The translations under genes and the position numbers were made by a program. Positions 9,136 to 17,955 of a stretch of DNA of 32,000 bases are shown piece by piece (position 1 is the stretch's first letter; every line of letters starts with the position of its first letter). Below the pieces are notes generated by a model, which had not been told where the DNA came from, made no database searches, and saw only the letters and a list, made by a program, of their open reading frames with translations. Source of the stretch: Haloquadratum walsbyi C23 (GTDB taxonomy: Archaea > Halobacteriota > Halobacteria > Halobacteriales > Haloferacaceae); contig NC_017459.1 in NCBI RefSeq assembly GCF_000237865.1, positions 750,001-782,000 of the forward strand. Reading direction: 5' to 3'.

Positions 9136-9366
9136 ATGAGCGATGATGACCCAACCGTTCCGGTGGTCTGTGAGGACTGCGGCACAGACACTCGTGTTTC
9201 ACTGTCAGATCTTCGTGAGACACTTGACCGTCATAATGAAAATCAACACGACGGTGATGATGTCGCCCAGGTAGCCCCACGCATTGCAAATGAACTTGCA
9301 AATGTTGTTGCTGAGGATCTTGATCTTGATATTGACTCGGATGAGAATGAGGATGAGGATGAATAA
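9136..9366 (+). CDS. Small acidic protein (76 aa) with a C-x2-C-x17-H-x4-H zinc-finger-like motif and a poly-acidic tail.
   Basis: VVCEDCGTDTRVSLSDLRETLDRHNENQH, with a tail DLDLDIDSDENEDEDE. The ORF is clean and in halophile composition. Confidence 0.55.
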   Translation: MSDDDPTVPVVCEDCGTDTRVSLSDLRETLDRHNENQHDGDDVAQVAPRIANELANVVAEDLDLDIDSDENEDEDE

Positions 9367-9414
9367 CAGCGAATTCGTGCGTGAGTAACCTGACGATACA
9401 AGGATTTCCAGATT

Positions 9415-10197
9415 ATGCTTACATTCATTGGGCTTGGATTATATGACGAACGCTCTATCAGTATTGCCGGTCGTGATGCACTCCAAGCCGCTGACTACGT
9501 TGCTGCTGAGTTCTATACAAGCTATCTTGTTGATGCGACTGTTTCGGACCTTGAGACAGCCCACGATATTGACATCGACGTGCGTGATCGCGAGGGTGTT
9601 GAACAGCATCCAGAGGATATTCTCAGGAAGGCTCAATCCGAGGATGTGGCGTTCCTGACAGCGGGTGATACGATGATCTCAACGACACATACGGATCTTC
9701 GACTGCGAGCAATTGACCGTGGTATCGATACTCGTGTTATTCACGGTGTGACTGCACAAACAGCAGCAAGTGGGCTCACGGGACTTCAGAACTATCGCTT
9801 TGGGAAGTCTGTCACACTTCCATTCCCGTATGCACATGGGGCAGAAGGCGTCCCAACAAGTGTCACTGATTCGATTGCAGCAAACCGCGAGCGTGGACTC
9901 CATACTGTCGTGTATCTTGATATCAAAGCCGATCGAGACGAATACTTGCGCGCAAGCGATGCCGCCGAGATGTTGGCTACGGATCTCGAGGATATGCTTG
10001 CTATTGCTGTTGCTCGCGCCGGGAGTCCAGACCCAACTGTACGTGCTGATCGACTTTCCGCGCTTGCTGAGAAAGACTTCGGTGACCCACTTCATCTGCT
10101 TGTACTCCCTGGCGAGTTACATCATCTCGAAGAAGAAGCACTCGCCGCATTAGCTGACGCACCAGCAGACATGCTCAATGCTGTTGACTCTCGGTGA
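9415..10197 (+). CDS. dphB: Diphthine synthase (diphthamide biosynthesis methyltransferase).
   Basis: MLTFIGLGLYDERSISIAGRDALQAADYVAAEFYTS...FLTAGDTMISTTHTDLRLRA is the characteristic tetrapyrrole-methylase-fold Dph5/DphB N-terminus. The length of about 260 aa fits. Confidence 0.9.
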   Translation: MLTFIGLGLYDERSISIAGRDALQAADYVAAEFYTSYLVDATVSDLETAHDIDIDVRDREGVEQHPEDILRKAQSEDVAFLTAGDTMISTTHTDLRLRAIDRGIDTRVIHGVTAQTAASGLTGLQNYRFGKSVTLPFPYAHGAEGVPTSVTDSIAANRERGLHTVVYLDIKADRDEYLRASDAAEMLATDLEDMLAIAVARAGSPDPTVRADRLSALAEKDFGDPLHLLVLPGELHHLEEEALAALADAPADMLNAVDSR

Positions 10198-10289
10198 ATC
10201 AAGTAATCTCAGTTCTATTATGCCTTCAGGACTACAGCTCAGATTAATATATGATATCTGTATCAGAGATCACACAGTGTATACTGTCA

Positions 10290-11213
10290 TCATACACTCT
10301 CTCGTTGGAATCCAAGTTCCCGCGCAAGATTGTATTCATCGCCAGTAATCATATACAGTACATCCTCGATCACGGTGAGTAACTCGGGAAGTTCACGAAC
10401 AACAAGATATGTGATCCCGACGAGGACGACAACCGCAAGCAGTTGGCTGATAATCCGATCAGAAATAAAGAATGAAACCATGTATGGGTCTGATGAGCCG
10501 AATAAGAACAATATCTCCTGAACAAACCACTGCATATACTGTTTACCGAAGGCAATCGTGATGAACGTCGTTCGAAGTATATTTAGCCCGTAGATAATCG
10601 GCACGGCAACAGCCATTGCTTTCAGCTTCCGCCTGAGTGGTGCTTCAACCGCCGCAATCAACCCAGCAAAGATTGAGATACTTCCCAATCCAGTGCAGGC
10701 AAGGACAACTGAGACTGTCAACTCGTGATTCCCATCGAAGAACTGGAATGTATTCAAATAGCCTTGATTCCCGACAATCATCGCTGGCTCATATCCGAAT
10801 GCACTCACCAACATCCCGGTCTGGGCGGCGACTATCTCCATCAATACGCCGCGAGGAGCAGGAAGTGAAATCCCAAACGCCATGATTGCCGGAATTGTCT
10901 CAAATGGAAGATAGATCAGTCCCATCGCAGCAACTGCCCGTGAAAGCACAAAAAGCGAACTGCGTCCTCGCCACAGCAGTAATCCAGTATAGAGTGACGC
11001 TGGCACAGCCGCAATCGAGAGGATCCCCTCAACATAGCTTTTATGAACAAACGCGAAATGCGGGACGAGTTGCAGCCAAAACAGTGCAAATCCGCCCCAA
11101 GCAGCAACAGTCACTATTCTGCCAACGCGGTCGTTGCGTCCTCTAAGCAGCGTTCCAGCCGCGAACGCCACAATGACGACCCACGCGAGCACGTCAGAGA
11201 GCACGCCAGGCAT
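10290..11213 (-). CDS. artA: Archaeosortase A (PGF-CTERM protein-sorting transpeptidase).
   Basis: The product is a polytopic membrane protein with VVLACTGLGSISIFAGL (catalytic Cys context) and IYGLNILRTTFI (conserved Arg). The conserved LFLFGSSDPYMVSFF block and the ITYLVV..PELLT..EDVLYM..GDEY tail are also present. I chose the MPGVLSDVLAW start at 11213; the tracked ORF extends to 11237. Confidence 0.85.
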   Translation of the reverse strand: MPGVLSDVLAWVVIVAFAAGTLLRGRNDRVGRIVTVAAWGGFALFWLQLVPHFAFVHKSYVEGILSIAAVPASLYTGLLLWRGRSSLFVLSRAVAAMGLIYLPFETIPAIMAFGISLPAPRGVLMEIVAAQTGMLVSAFGYEPAMIVGNQGYLNTFQFFDGNHELTVSVVLACTGLGSISIFAGLIAAVEAPLRRKLKAMAVAVPIIYGLNILRTTFITIAFGKQYMQWFVQEILFLFGSSDPYMVSFFISDRIISQLLAVVVLVGITYLVVRELPELLTVIEDVLYMITGDEYNLARELGFQRESV

Positions 11214-11282
11214 ATTGATAAAAATGAGAGTAATCAATAAATCGCTTGTCCTTGAGCGCGGACTGACGTCTCTGAGCTCGGT

Positions 11283-12098
11283 TTACGTTGCTTCGAGAAT
11301 CTCGATTTCGTGACCGTCCTGATCTGTGGTAAATGCATATTGATATTCACACGATTCAGGATCACGATAATCAGTCGCATCACGTTCCATGAGTGTCGCC
11401 CAGTAGTCTTCAAGATCGTCAGCGCGGACACAAAGATGCCCCCATGCGTCACCGAGGTCATACGCGCGCCCATCATAATTGTACGTGAGTTCGACAGCCA
11501 TCGCAGCGTCGGATGCTCCCTCGGGTTTCATGAAGTAATTTGCAAAGCTGTCAGACTCCCAGCGCCCGGTATGTTCATATTCGAACTTTCGTGTCCAGAA
11601 TCCAAGTGCCTCATCGGCATCCTCAACACGGATCATCGTGTGATCAATACTCCACATCGTCCCCTCATCAGGATCACGCTGGACAATTTCGACTTCATGA
11701 CCATCTGGATCTTTGACGAATGCATATCGACCGCCACAGGACTCTGGATCCCGGTAGTCCTCGACACCGTCATCCAGTAACTGCTGATATGCAGCTTCGA
11801 GTTTGCCATTTGGGACGCGAACAGCAATATGACCCCAGCCGTCACCCATCTCATAACTTCGGTCATCATGATTATATGTGATTTCAAGCATCGCCCCTTC
11901 ATCGTGCATTTCAGTGGGTCCAAGATAGACATTTGTGAATGTATCTGCCTCCCAACGACCCTTCTCTTCATAATCAAGATGGGTCTGATACCACTCAAGT
12001 GATGCTTCAAGATCTTCGACGCGAATCATTACATGGTCAAATATGCCAGCCATATCTGGTTTGTTGACCGGAGTATCGAAAAGAGTACCGACCGTCAT
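11283..12098 (-). CDS. Two-domain VOC (glyoxalase/bleomycin-resistance/dioxygenase) family protein, lactoylglutathione-lyase-like.
   Basis: There is an internal duplication. HVMIRVEDLEASLEWYQTHLDY..GWGHIAVRV..PDGHEVEIV is repeated as HTMIRVEDADEALGFWTRKFEY..AWGHLCVRA..QDGHEIEIL. Confidence 0.8.
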   Translation of the reverse strand: MTVGTLFDTPVNKPDMAGIFDHVMIRVEDLEASLEWYQTHLDYEEKGRWEADTFTNVYLGPTEMHDEGAMLEITYNHDDRSYEMGDGWGHIAVRVPNGKLEAAYQQLLDDGVEDYRDPESCGGRYAFVKDPDGHEVEIVQRDPDEGTMWSIDHTMIRVEDADEALGFWTRKFEYEHTGRWESDSFANYFMKPEGASDAAMAVELTYNYDGRAYDLGDAWGHLCVRADDLEDYWATLMERDATDYRDPESCEYQYAFTTDQDGHEIEILEAT

Positions 12099-12315
12099 CC
12101 GCAGTATGTCTCAGTTATCGAATATGTATACACAACCAGACGACCGACCGGACGGATACTATAGGATTATTTGATTGCTTCTCTCCACCAGACATGAATA
12201 TGCTCTCACCCTCATACCAGTAATAAATCTGATCAAAAATGACACTCACAAATGAGCATCTTCATTATTATGTCGCTCCACCAGTCTCGACAGTTGACTC
12301 TACACCAGCGAGAAG

Positions 12316-12807
12316 TCATTCATCAGACGCAAACAAAGACCCGCCCTGATGCGTGCGTACACGCGGCCAGTAAAACCACCATGCAATGAGCACACAGAGT
12401 CCACTCGCGATTGGCCATGCTGTTCGGTATGGCTGAAAGGAAAACCCCCATGCAAGTCGGAGTTGCGCAATAGCCATAATTATAAGTAATCCACCGGTAA
12501 TACGTGGATCCTCTCGGTCAAAGATTACACCACTCACTGCACTACCAAGGGTGCCGATATATGCAAGCACCGAAAGTGGCCACGCAAGGATATACTCGGG
12601 TAATCCCTGTGTGTAAATAAATAAGAAATCCAACAACGGCGTTACCATTGGTGGATTCGTGTTCACGAGCCCCCATGCAAACAGAAATGTTGCATCACGA
12701 GCATCGAATACCTGGATTGACCATGGGAGTGCCACCAACGCAAGTATGACTACCGGTCCACGCCAATGTTGCTCACGCACTGTTTTTATGATTGAAATAT
12801 CAGACAT
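12316..12807 (-). CDS. Integral membrane protein of unknown function (about 4 TM helices).
   Basis: The ORF is 163 aa with four long Trp-rich hydrophobic segments. It is tightly packed between the DRG and VOC genes on the same strand. Confidence 0.6.
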   Translation of the reverse strand: MSDISIIKTVREQHWRGPVVILALVALPWSIQVFDARDATFLFAWGLVNTNPPMVTPLLDFLFIYTQGLPEYILAWPLSVLAYIGTLGSAVSGVIFDREDPRITGGLLIIMAIAQLRLAWGFSFQPYRTAWPIASGLCVLIAWWFYWPRVRTHQGGSLFASDE

Positions 12808-12845
12808 GATAATCGCGACAAATCATCCTTCTTTATGTTTGTCCG

Positions 12846-13961
12846 TTATTTCCGCGCAACAACTCGCAAGATATCCTCATCAGCGAGTTCATGATCACGC
12901 CCGACTTGTTGCTCATCATGTTGGGCACTCGCTCCCGTGACCCGTGCAAACCGGAAGCGCTTATCGAGCGTTCCACCAAGTTTTGTGAGTGCATCCTCAA
13001 CGGCATTCTCACCCTCACGAAGGACAAGTGGTTCCTCATAGTCGACACCACGACCAGGCTTGTCCATATAAACACGAATCAATCCGAGCGAATCCCACAT
13101 TCTCGATTTCAGTGCATCAAGCCCCTTCTCAGCTTCGGCACTAATAAAAATCGCTTCCTCGGGGTCAACCCCGATATCCCGAAGGTCTGATTTCACCGTT
13201 GGTAGGTACTCACGGTCAATCAGATCCGCTTTATTTACAGTGACAATCGAAGGAAGATACACGCGATTATCCATGATCGCATCAATGAGTTGGTCAATCG
13301 AGACATTACCCCGGACGGTGACGGTTGCATTGGTATATCCATGTTCGCGAAGAACAGATGCAACTGTATCCTCATCAAGTGAGACATCATCTGCACTGGT
13401 CACCTGAATCCCACCTTTTCCTCGTCGTCCGATTGAGACGTTCGGCGGTGTTGTGTCAAGTCGGATTTTATTATTGTATAATTCCTCGCTGAGCCGCTCA
13501 TATCGCTCAATTTCAAAGACTGATACCATGAACACGACAAGATCTGCTGTGCGCACGACTGAGAGAACTTCCTTGCCGCCACCTCGCCCACCGGCGGCAC
13601 CCTCAATCAGCCCCGGGACATCGAGTATCTGAATATTTGCACCATTATACTGCAACATCCCCGGGTTGACATCGAGTGTTGTGAACTCATATGCGCCAAC
13701 TTCACTATCGGCATTTGTCATGGAGTTTATCAACGTTGACTTCCCGACACTTGGGAATCCAACGAGTGCAACGGTTGCATCACCTGTCTTCTCAACCGCA
13801 TATCCATATCCGCCACCACTCGAGGACTGTTGTTCGAGTTTTTCTTTTTTCTCTGCGAGTTTCGCTTTTAACCGACCAATGTGCTCTTCGGTCGATTTAT
13901 TATACGGTGTATTAGCGATCTCCTCGCGGAGGTCCTCAATCTCGTCCTCCAGTCCCATCAA
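12846..13961 (-). CDS. OBG-family GTPase of the DRG type, with a C-terminal TGS domain.
   Basis: G1 is GFPSVGKSTLINSMT. G2/G3 is TTLDVNPG..DVPGLIEGAAGGRGGG. G4 is NKAD. The C-terminal RVYMDKPGRG..PLVLREG and RFARVTGASA region is TGS-like. Confidence 0.9.
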   Translation of the reverse strand: MMGLEDEIEDLREEIANTPYNKSTEEHIGRLKAKLAEKKEKLEQQSSSGGGYGYAVEKTGDATVALVGFPSVGKSTLINSMTNADSEVGAYEFTTLDVNPGMLQYNGANIQILDVPGLIEGAAGGRGGGKEVLSVVRTADLVVFMVSVFEIERYERLSEELYNNKIRLDTTPPNVSIGRRGKGGIQVTSADDVSLDEDTVASVLREHGYTNATVTVRGNVSIDQLIDAIMDNRVYLPSIVTVNKADLIDREYLPTVKSDLRDIGVDPEEAIFISAEAEKGLDALKSRMWDSLGLIRVYMDKPGRGVDYEEPLVLREGENAVEDALTKLGGTLDKRFRFARVTGASAQHDEQQVGRDHELADEDILRVVARK

Positions 13962-14076
13962 ATCTATGTCGACTGTCGGTATCGAAAAATGTGTGCTTTC
14001 TGAATTCGCCTTTGAGTGGTATCATTTCGATAACGTTATATTTCACACATCTAATTATGACATACAGGGTTTGACG

Positions 14077-14277
14077 ATGAGCACGCCAGCCACCTATCGA
14101 GACAGCACCCAGTTGCGTCTTCCATGTGAGACCGTTGCCGAATTTCGAGAGTCATTAAATGAGCAGTTTGTCGTCACTGTCGTCACAGGTGATGATGGCT
14201 GTCGGGTTATTGGAAGTCCAGTTGAGATTGAGTCTGTTAATCGATTTTTGACCCGTCGTGGAGTACTCACACAATGA
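14077..14277 (+). CDS. Small conserved-looking hypothetical protein (66 aa).
   Basis: MSTPATYRDSTQLRLPCETVAEFRESLNEQFVVTVVTGDDGCRVIGSPVEIESVNRFLTRRG. Only this 3' part of the tracked ORF 13666-14277 lies outside the DRG gene. The start is an ATG at 14077. Confidence 0.45.
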   Translation: MSTPATYRDSTQLRLPCETVAEFRESLNEQFVVTVVTGDDGCRVIGSPVEIESVNRFLTRRGVLTQ

Positions 14278-14299
14278 TTCCTCTCATTGATTACTGATT

Positions 14300-14325
14300 C
14301 AGTTTTAGTTTCAGTTTCAATTTCA
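14300..14325 (+). terminator. Hexamer-phased T-tract repeat (CAGTTT TAGTTT CAGTTT CAATTT) just after the 14277 stop. Candidate oligo-T terminator.
   Basis: Read directly from the sequence. A near-identical arrangement occurs after the coxA stop at 17914-17955. Confidence 0.3.
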
Positions 14326-14465
14326 TCAGCATCACCACCACTATCAATTGAAGGAAACGAATTTCCAGTATTTGTTACTGATATGTATAGTTCTCTGCAT
14401 CACAGTGGACGTGGAGTGACTTCTGTATATATCGTTGGTGATGCCATCCCTCGATTAATCACCTG

Positions 14466-14575
14466 ATAGTGATTAGTGCAAGTCTTTATCGCCGTGATTA
14501 TTCGTGTCGGTGATAGGAGCCGCTGAACCAGCGTCACTCGACACCGCCGGTGAAACTATTCGAACTAATCACCTG
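14466..14575 (-). mobile_element. MITE-like element of about 110 bp, copy A. It is inverted relative to copies B and C.
   Basis: It starts with ATAGTGATTAGT and ends with ACTAATCAC. It aligns by eye over its full length to the reverse complement of 31593-31701 with about a dozen differences. It is non-coding and intergenic. Confidence 0.8.
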
Positions 14576-14711
14576 AGATGACCTACACCAATAGATGACT
14601 ATTGAACAACCATGACTCAATACGACGCATTCCAGGGCTTTCGTTTGAACGAAGTGAGTCTACCGAAAACGTAAATATGTGAATATTGTGTGCTCTCTGA
14701 CGACGAGCGAC

Positions 14712-14743
14712 GAGTGACAAGTGATGAGTGACAAGTGATGAGT
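14712..14743. repeat. Tandem 14-mer (GAGTGACAAGTGAT x2, plus a partial third), preceded by GACGAGC/GACGAGT.
   Basis: Read directly from the sequence. It lies about 90-120 bp upstream of the 14832 start. Confidence 0.7.
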
Positions 14744-14831
14744 TACTGATCATTGATAATACAATTCTCTAAATCCCAATATATCATTTCGAAGGGAAGC
14801 ACTTTGTACTCTGCCGTATCTACGTAGGACT

Positions 14832-15197
14832 ATGGAAGATACACCGGGACTCTCCGAACAGTACCGGAAAGCAAGCCCATGGCCACTATTCGTTGCCCTG
14901 GGGATTCCTCTTTCTGAACTTGGGATTTTATTTGGGTTATTCCCAGTTGCTGTCGGTGGACTCTTATTATTTGGTGGAAGCGCAGCTGGAATGGCGGCTG
15001 AATCAGGATATGCACAAACAGCCTGGCGTGGAATGGCTGGAGTCGCAGTTGTCCTTCTTGTGCTTGGTCTTGCATTCGTGTTTACAGCACTTGACCTCCC
15101 AGACCGTGGAGCAGCAATTCTTGTCGCCGCAATCATTCTTGTCGCCGCTGGCGCTACTGGAGAGTTCTTTGCTCGCGATGTTGACCCAACATATTGA
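14832..15197 (+). CDS. Small integral membrane protein (about 4 TM) in the cox cluster.
   Basis: It has hydrophobic Gly/Ala/Leu-rich helices (WPLFVALGIPLSELGILFGLFPVAVGGLLLFGG; GMAGVAVVLLVLGLAFVF; AAILVAAIILVAAG) and acidic termini. The opposite-strand ORF 14750-15244 is Arg/Pro/Ser-rich and is rejected. Confidence 0.7.
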   Translation: MEDTPGLSEQYRKASPWPLFVALGIPLSELGILFGLFPVAVGGLLLFGGSAAGMAAESGYAQTAWRGMAGVAVVLLVLGLAFVFTALDLPDRGAAILVAAIILVAAGATGEFFARDVDPTY

Positions 15198-15357
15198 GCG
15201 TCGAGACATGATTTTCCCTGGTTGTCGCACAAGAGAAAATCCATATGTATCGACTGAGTTTGATATCTGTAGTCAAGTTCAATACCGGCCGTTAATATCG
15301 AGATTTGCCAGTGAGAAATCGATAAACTATTTCATGTTCTCCCCGTATTAGATAGGT

Positions 15358-15759
15358 ATGGTCGCGAAATTATTTGATCGGGACACACTCCTTGATCTTA
15401 CGGTCAATATCATCCCCCTGGTAATCCTCGCGTTCTTTATTGTCGCTTACGTCTTCATGAGTCCATTTGACACTAACCCATTAACAACCGCTGTTCAATT
15501 TGGATTATTAGCTGTACCGTTTGCTTTACTTGCGGTGTTGACGTATATCTCTGGGCGAGCAATTGTTGTGAGCGAGCAACATGTTGATCAATATCTCCCC
15601 GGACAAGCAAGTATGGAGAACGCCGAACCGGTAGAGAAGGCTCCAAAGAACATCGAAGACAACACAGACACAACCGCAGACGTCGAGTTTGAATCCACAT
15701 CATCAGAACAAGAGGTTGATGCAAGTGCTGAAACAAAGTCAGATTCCAACGCAAACTGA
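15358..15759 (+). CDS. Small membrane protein (2 TM) with a long acidic C-terminal tail, in the cox cluster.
   Basis: LTVNIIPLVILAFFIVAYVFM and AVQFGLLAVPFALLAVLTYI are followed by the tail ENAEPVEKAPKNIEDNTDTTADVEFESTSSEQEVDASAETKSD. Confidence 0.65.
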   Translation: MVAKLFDRDTLLDLTVNIIPLVILAFFIVAYVFMSPFDTNPLTTAVQFGLLAVPFALLAVLTYISGRAIVVSEQHVDQYLPGQASMENAEPVEKAPKNIEDNTDTTADVEFESTSSEQEVDASAETKSDSNAN

Positions 15760-15965
15760 AATATATCATAGCATTGTCTTCACCCTGACATCTATTCTGT
15801 AGCCATCGAGACTTGCTTTGTGTGAAGTATCTCGAGGTCACATCTAAGCCTCAAGACACTCGCGCTGTGGGACCTGTAAACGCACATTATAGAATACAAT
15901 GAAAAATCCGCGTCTCCAGGCGCGGGAGAATGTTTGCTGTCAATAATTAGTTCATCAGAACACAC

Positions 15966-17876
15966 ATGTTTGGCTACGTTCATTTTCATGACATTGCCTC
16001 TCGCTATCCCGAATCTTTCATTATGCCTGGCTTCTTCGGGTCCCATATGGAGGTTAACGGACAACTAGTATTGACGGCTCTAATGGGGGTTTTCCTCATT
16101 GGCGTTACCGCGTGGCTTGCGCGGATCGAAAATTGGCGTTCATATACGCCTATTGCCGGTGGTGGTGGTAGCTATGAGCAAAGTGATAGTTATGTTTCTG
16201 ATGAAAAGCCCGCTGGACTCATCCGATGGCTAACAACTGTTGATCATAAGGATATTGGTCTTTTGTATGGTGCCTTTGGATTAACTGCATTTGCTGTTGG
16301 TGGATTGATGGTCGTCCTGATGCGAATTGAACTCGCAGACCCTGGTATGACGGTCATCTCAAATACATTTTATAATTCGCTCTTGACCAGTCATGGTATC
16401 ACGATGTTGTTCCTTTTCGCGACGCCGATTATCGCAGCATTCTCTAATTATCTTATTCCACTACTTATCGGTGCGGACGATATGGCGTTCCCGCGGATCA
16501 ACGCAATTGCATTCTGGCTTTTACCGCCTGCTGCGTTATTGATTTGGGCAGGATTCTTCCCAATCCCTGAGGTTATCCCAGCACAGACAGGCTGGACAAT
16601 GTATACGCCGCTTTCAGTTGGTGAAGGAATGGGCAATCAAGCCAATGCCGGTGTTGATCTGATGTTGCTTGGATTGCATCTTTCCGGTGTATCCGCAACA
16701 ATGGGGTCAATAAATTTCATTGCAACAATCTTCACCGAGCGAGGGAAGAACGTTTCATGGGCAAACCTCGATATATTCTCATGGACGATCCTCACGCAGT
16801 CAGGATTGATCCTCTTTGCCTTCCCGCTTCTCGGCAGTGCAATTATGATGTTGTTGTTTGACAGAAACTTCGGAACGTCATTCTTCGCCGGCGAAGGTGG
16901 GGCAATTCTCTGGCAGCATCTGTTTTGGTTCTTTGGACATCCTGAAGTGTACATTATTGTTCTTCCGCCGATGGGAATTATTAGCTATATCCTTCCACGA
17001 TTCTCGGGTCGGCGCCTCTTTGGATTCAAATTTGTCGTATACTCAACACTAGCAATTGGAGTACTCTCCTTCGGCGTGTGGGCACATCATATGTTTGCCA
17101 CGGGTCTTGACCCTCGTCTTCGCGCATCATTCATGGCTGTTTCACTTGCAATTGCCGTCCCAAGTGCAGTGAAGACGTTCAATTGGATCACGACGATGTG
17201 GAATGGAAATATCAGACTGACAACACCAATGTTGTTTTCAGTCGGGTTTGTTGCAAACTTCATCCTTGGTGGCGTAACTGGTGTATTCCTCGCCTCAATT
17301 CCCGTTGACCTTGTGTTACACGCCACATACTATGTTGTTGGACATTTCCACTATATTGTCATGGGTGCGATCGCCTTTGCTGGGTTTGCAGGCATCTACT
17401 ATTGGTTCCCATTATATACCGGTCGAATGTATCAGCGGACACTCGGGAAGATGCACTTTTGGCTCTCAATGATTGGAACGAATATTACGTTCTTTGCTAT
17501 GATTCTTCTTGGATACGGTGGCATGCCACGTCGATATGCAACATATCTCCCGCAGTTTGCGACCTTACATCAAATCACCACTCTTGGTGCGTTAATCCTC
17601 CTTGCTGGGCAGATAATCTTTGTCTGGAACTTTGCTCAATCCTGGCTCGAAGGTCCGAAAGTCGAAGATGGAGATCCATGGGATCTTCATGATAATGGAC
17701 TTTACACCGCTGAGTGGGAATGGTACGACCAGAAACTCACGACCGCTATTGCTGACGGTGGCGATGAGGAAACAGAAGAGAAAGTGTTGACAGACGGTGG
17801 TGATGTCAATTCCGATGCCGATGCCGATGCCGATATCGATAATGACAGTACCGTCGATACACATTCAGAAGAATAA
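15966..17876 (+). CDS. coxA: Heme-copper (cox-type) terminal oxidase subunit I.
   Basis: The diagnostic motifs TTVDHKDIGLLY, WFFGHPEVYIIVLPPMG and VWAHHMFATG..HFHYIVMG are present across 12 or more TM helices. The start may be the downstream ATG at 16047 (MEVNGQ). The C-terminus has an acidic extension containing DADADADID. Confidence 0.95.
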   Translation: MFGYVHFHDIASRYPESFIMPGFFGSHMEVNGQLVLTALMGVFLIGVTAWLARIENWRSYTPIAGGGGSYEQSDSYVSDEKPAGLIRWLTTVDHKDIGLLYGAFGLTAFAVGGLMVVLMRIELADPGMTVISNTFYNSLLTSHGITMLFLFATPIIAAFSNYLIPLLIGADDMAFPRINAIAFWLLPPAALLIWAGFFPIPEVIPAQTGWTMYTPLSVGEGMGNQANAGVDLMLLGLHLSGVSATMGSINFIATIFTERGKNVSWANLDIFSWTILTQSGLILFAFPLLGSAIMMLLFDRNFGTSFFAGEGGAILWQHLFWFFGHPEVYIIVLPPMGIISYILPRFSGRRLFGFKFVVYSTLAIGVLSFGVWAHHMFATGLDPRLRASFMAVSLAIAVPSAVKTFNWITTMWNGNIRLTTPMLFSVGFVANFILGGVTGVFLASIPVDLVLHATYYVVGHFHYIVMGAIAFAGFAGIYYWFPLYTGRMYQRTLGKMHFWLSMIGTNITFFAMILLGYGGMPRRYATYLPQFATLHQITTLGALILLAGQIIFVWNFAQSWLEGPKVEDGDPWDLHDNGLYTAEWEWYDQKLTTAIADGGDEETEEKVLTDGGDVNSDADADADIDNDSTVDTHSEE

Positions 17877-17913
17877 TATCTCGACTGACTCCTCACGGTT
17901 ATTGACAATCTAA

Positions 17914-17955
17914 TTTTCAGTTTCAGTTTTAGTTTTAATATTGGTTTAGTCTTAT
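17914..17955 (+). terminator. Hexamer-phased T-tract repeat (TTTCAG TTTCAG TTTTAG TTTTAA..TTTAGT) 38 bp after the coxA stop. Candidate oligo-T terminator.
   Basis: Read directly from the sequence. The repeat family is the same as at 14300-14325. Confidence 0.3.

Noticed and set aside
10252-10272. An imperfect 9-bp inverted repeat (TGATATCTG TAT CAGAGATCA) between the convergent dphB and artA genes.
   Set aside because: It is short, AT-rich and has one mismatch. Such an element is expected by chance in a 92-bp AT-rich spacer and is not worth a separate claim.
11310-11780. A plus-strand 156-aa ORF and minus-strand out-of-frame ORFs overlapping the VOC gene.
   Set aside because: They lie entirely inside a well-supported duplicated VOC-domain gene. 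Their composition is basic or Cys-rich and atypical for the proteome.
13666-14076. The upstream two-thirds of the tracked 203-aa plus-strand ORF.
   Set aside because: It is antisense to the strongly supported DRG GTPase gene and has Ser-rich shadow composition. Only the part from the ATG at 14077, outside the GTPase gene, is retained as a small CDS.
14750-15244. A minus-strand 164-aa ORF, with other frames, overlapping the 121-aa membrane protein.
   Set aside because: The product is Arg/Pro/Ala/Ser-rich and strongly basic, with no hydrophobic periodicity. The plus-strand product is a clean 4-helix membrane protein with acidic termini.
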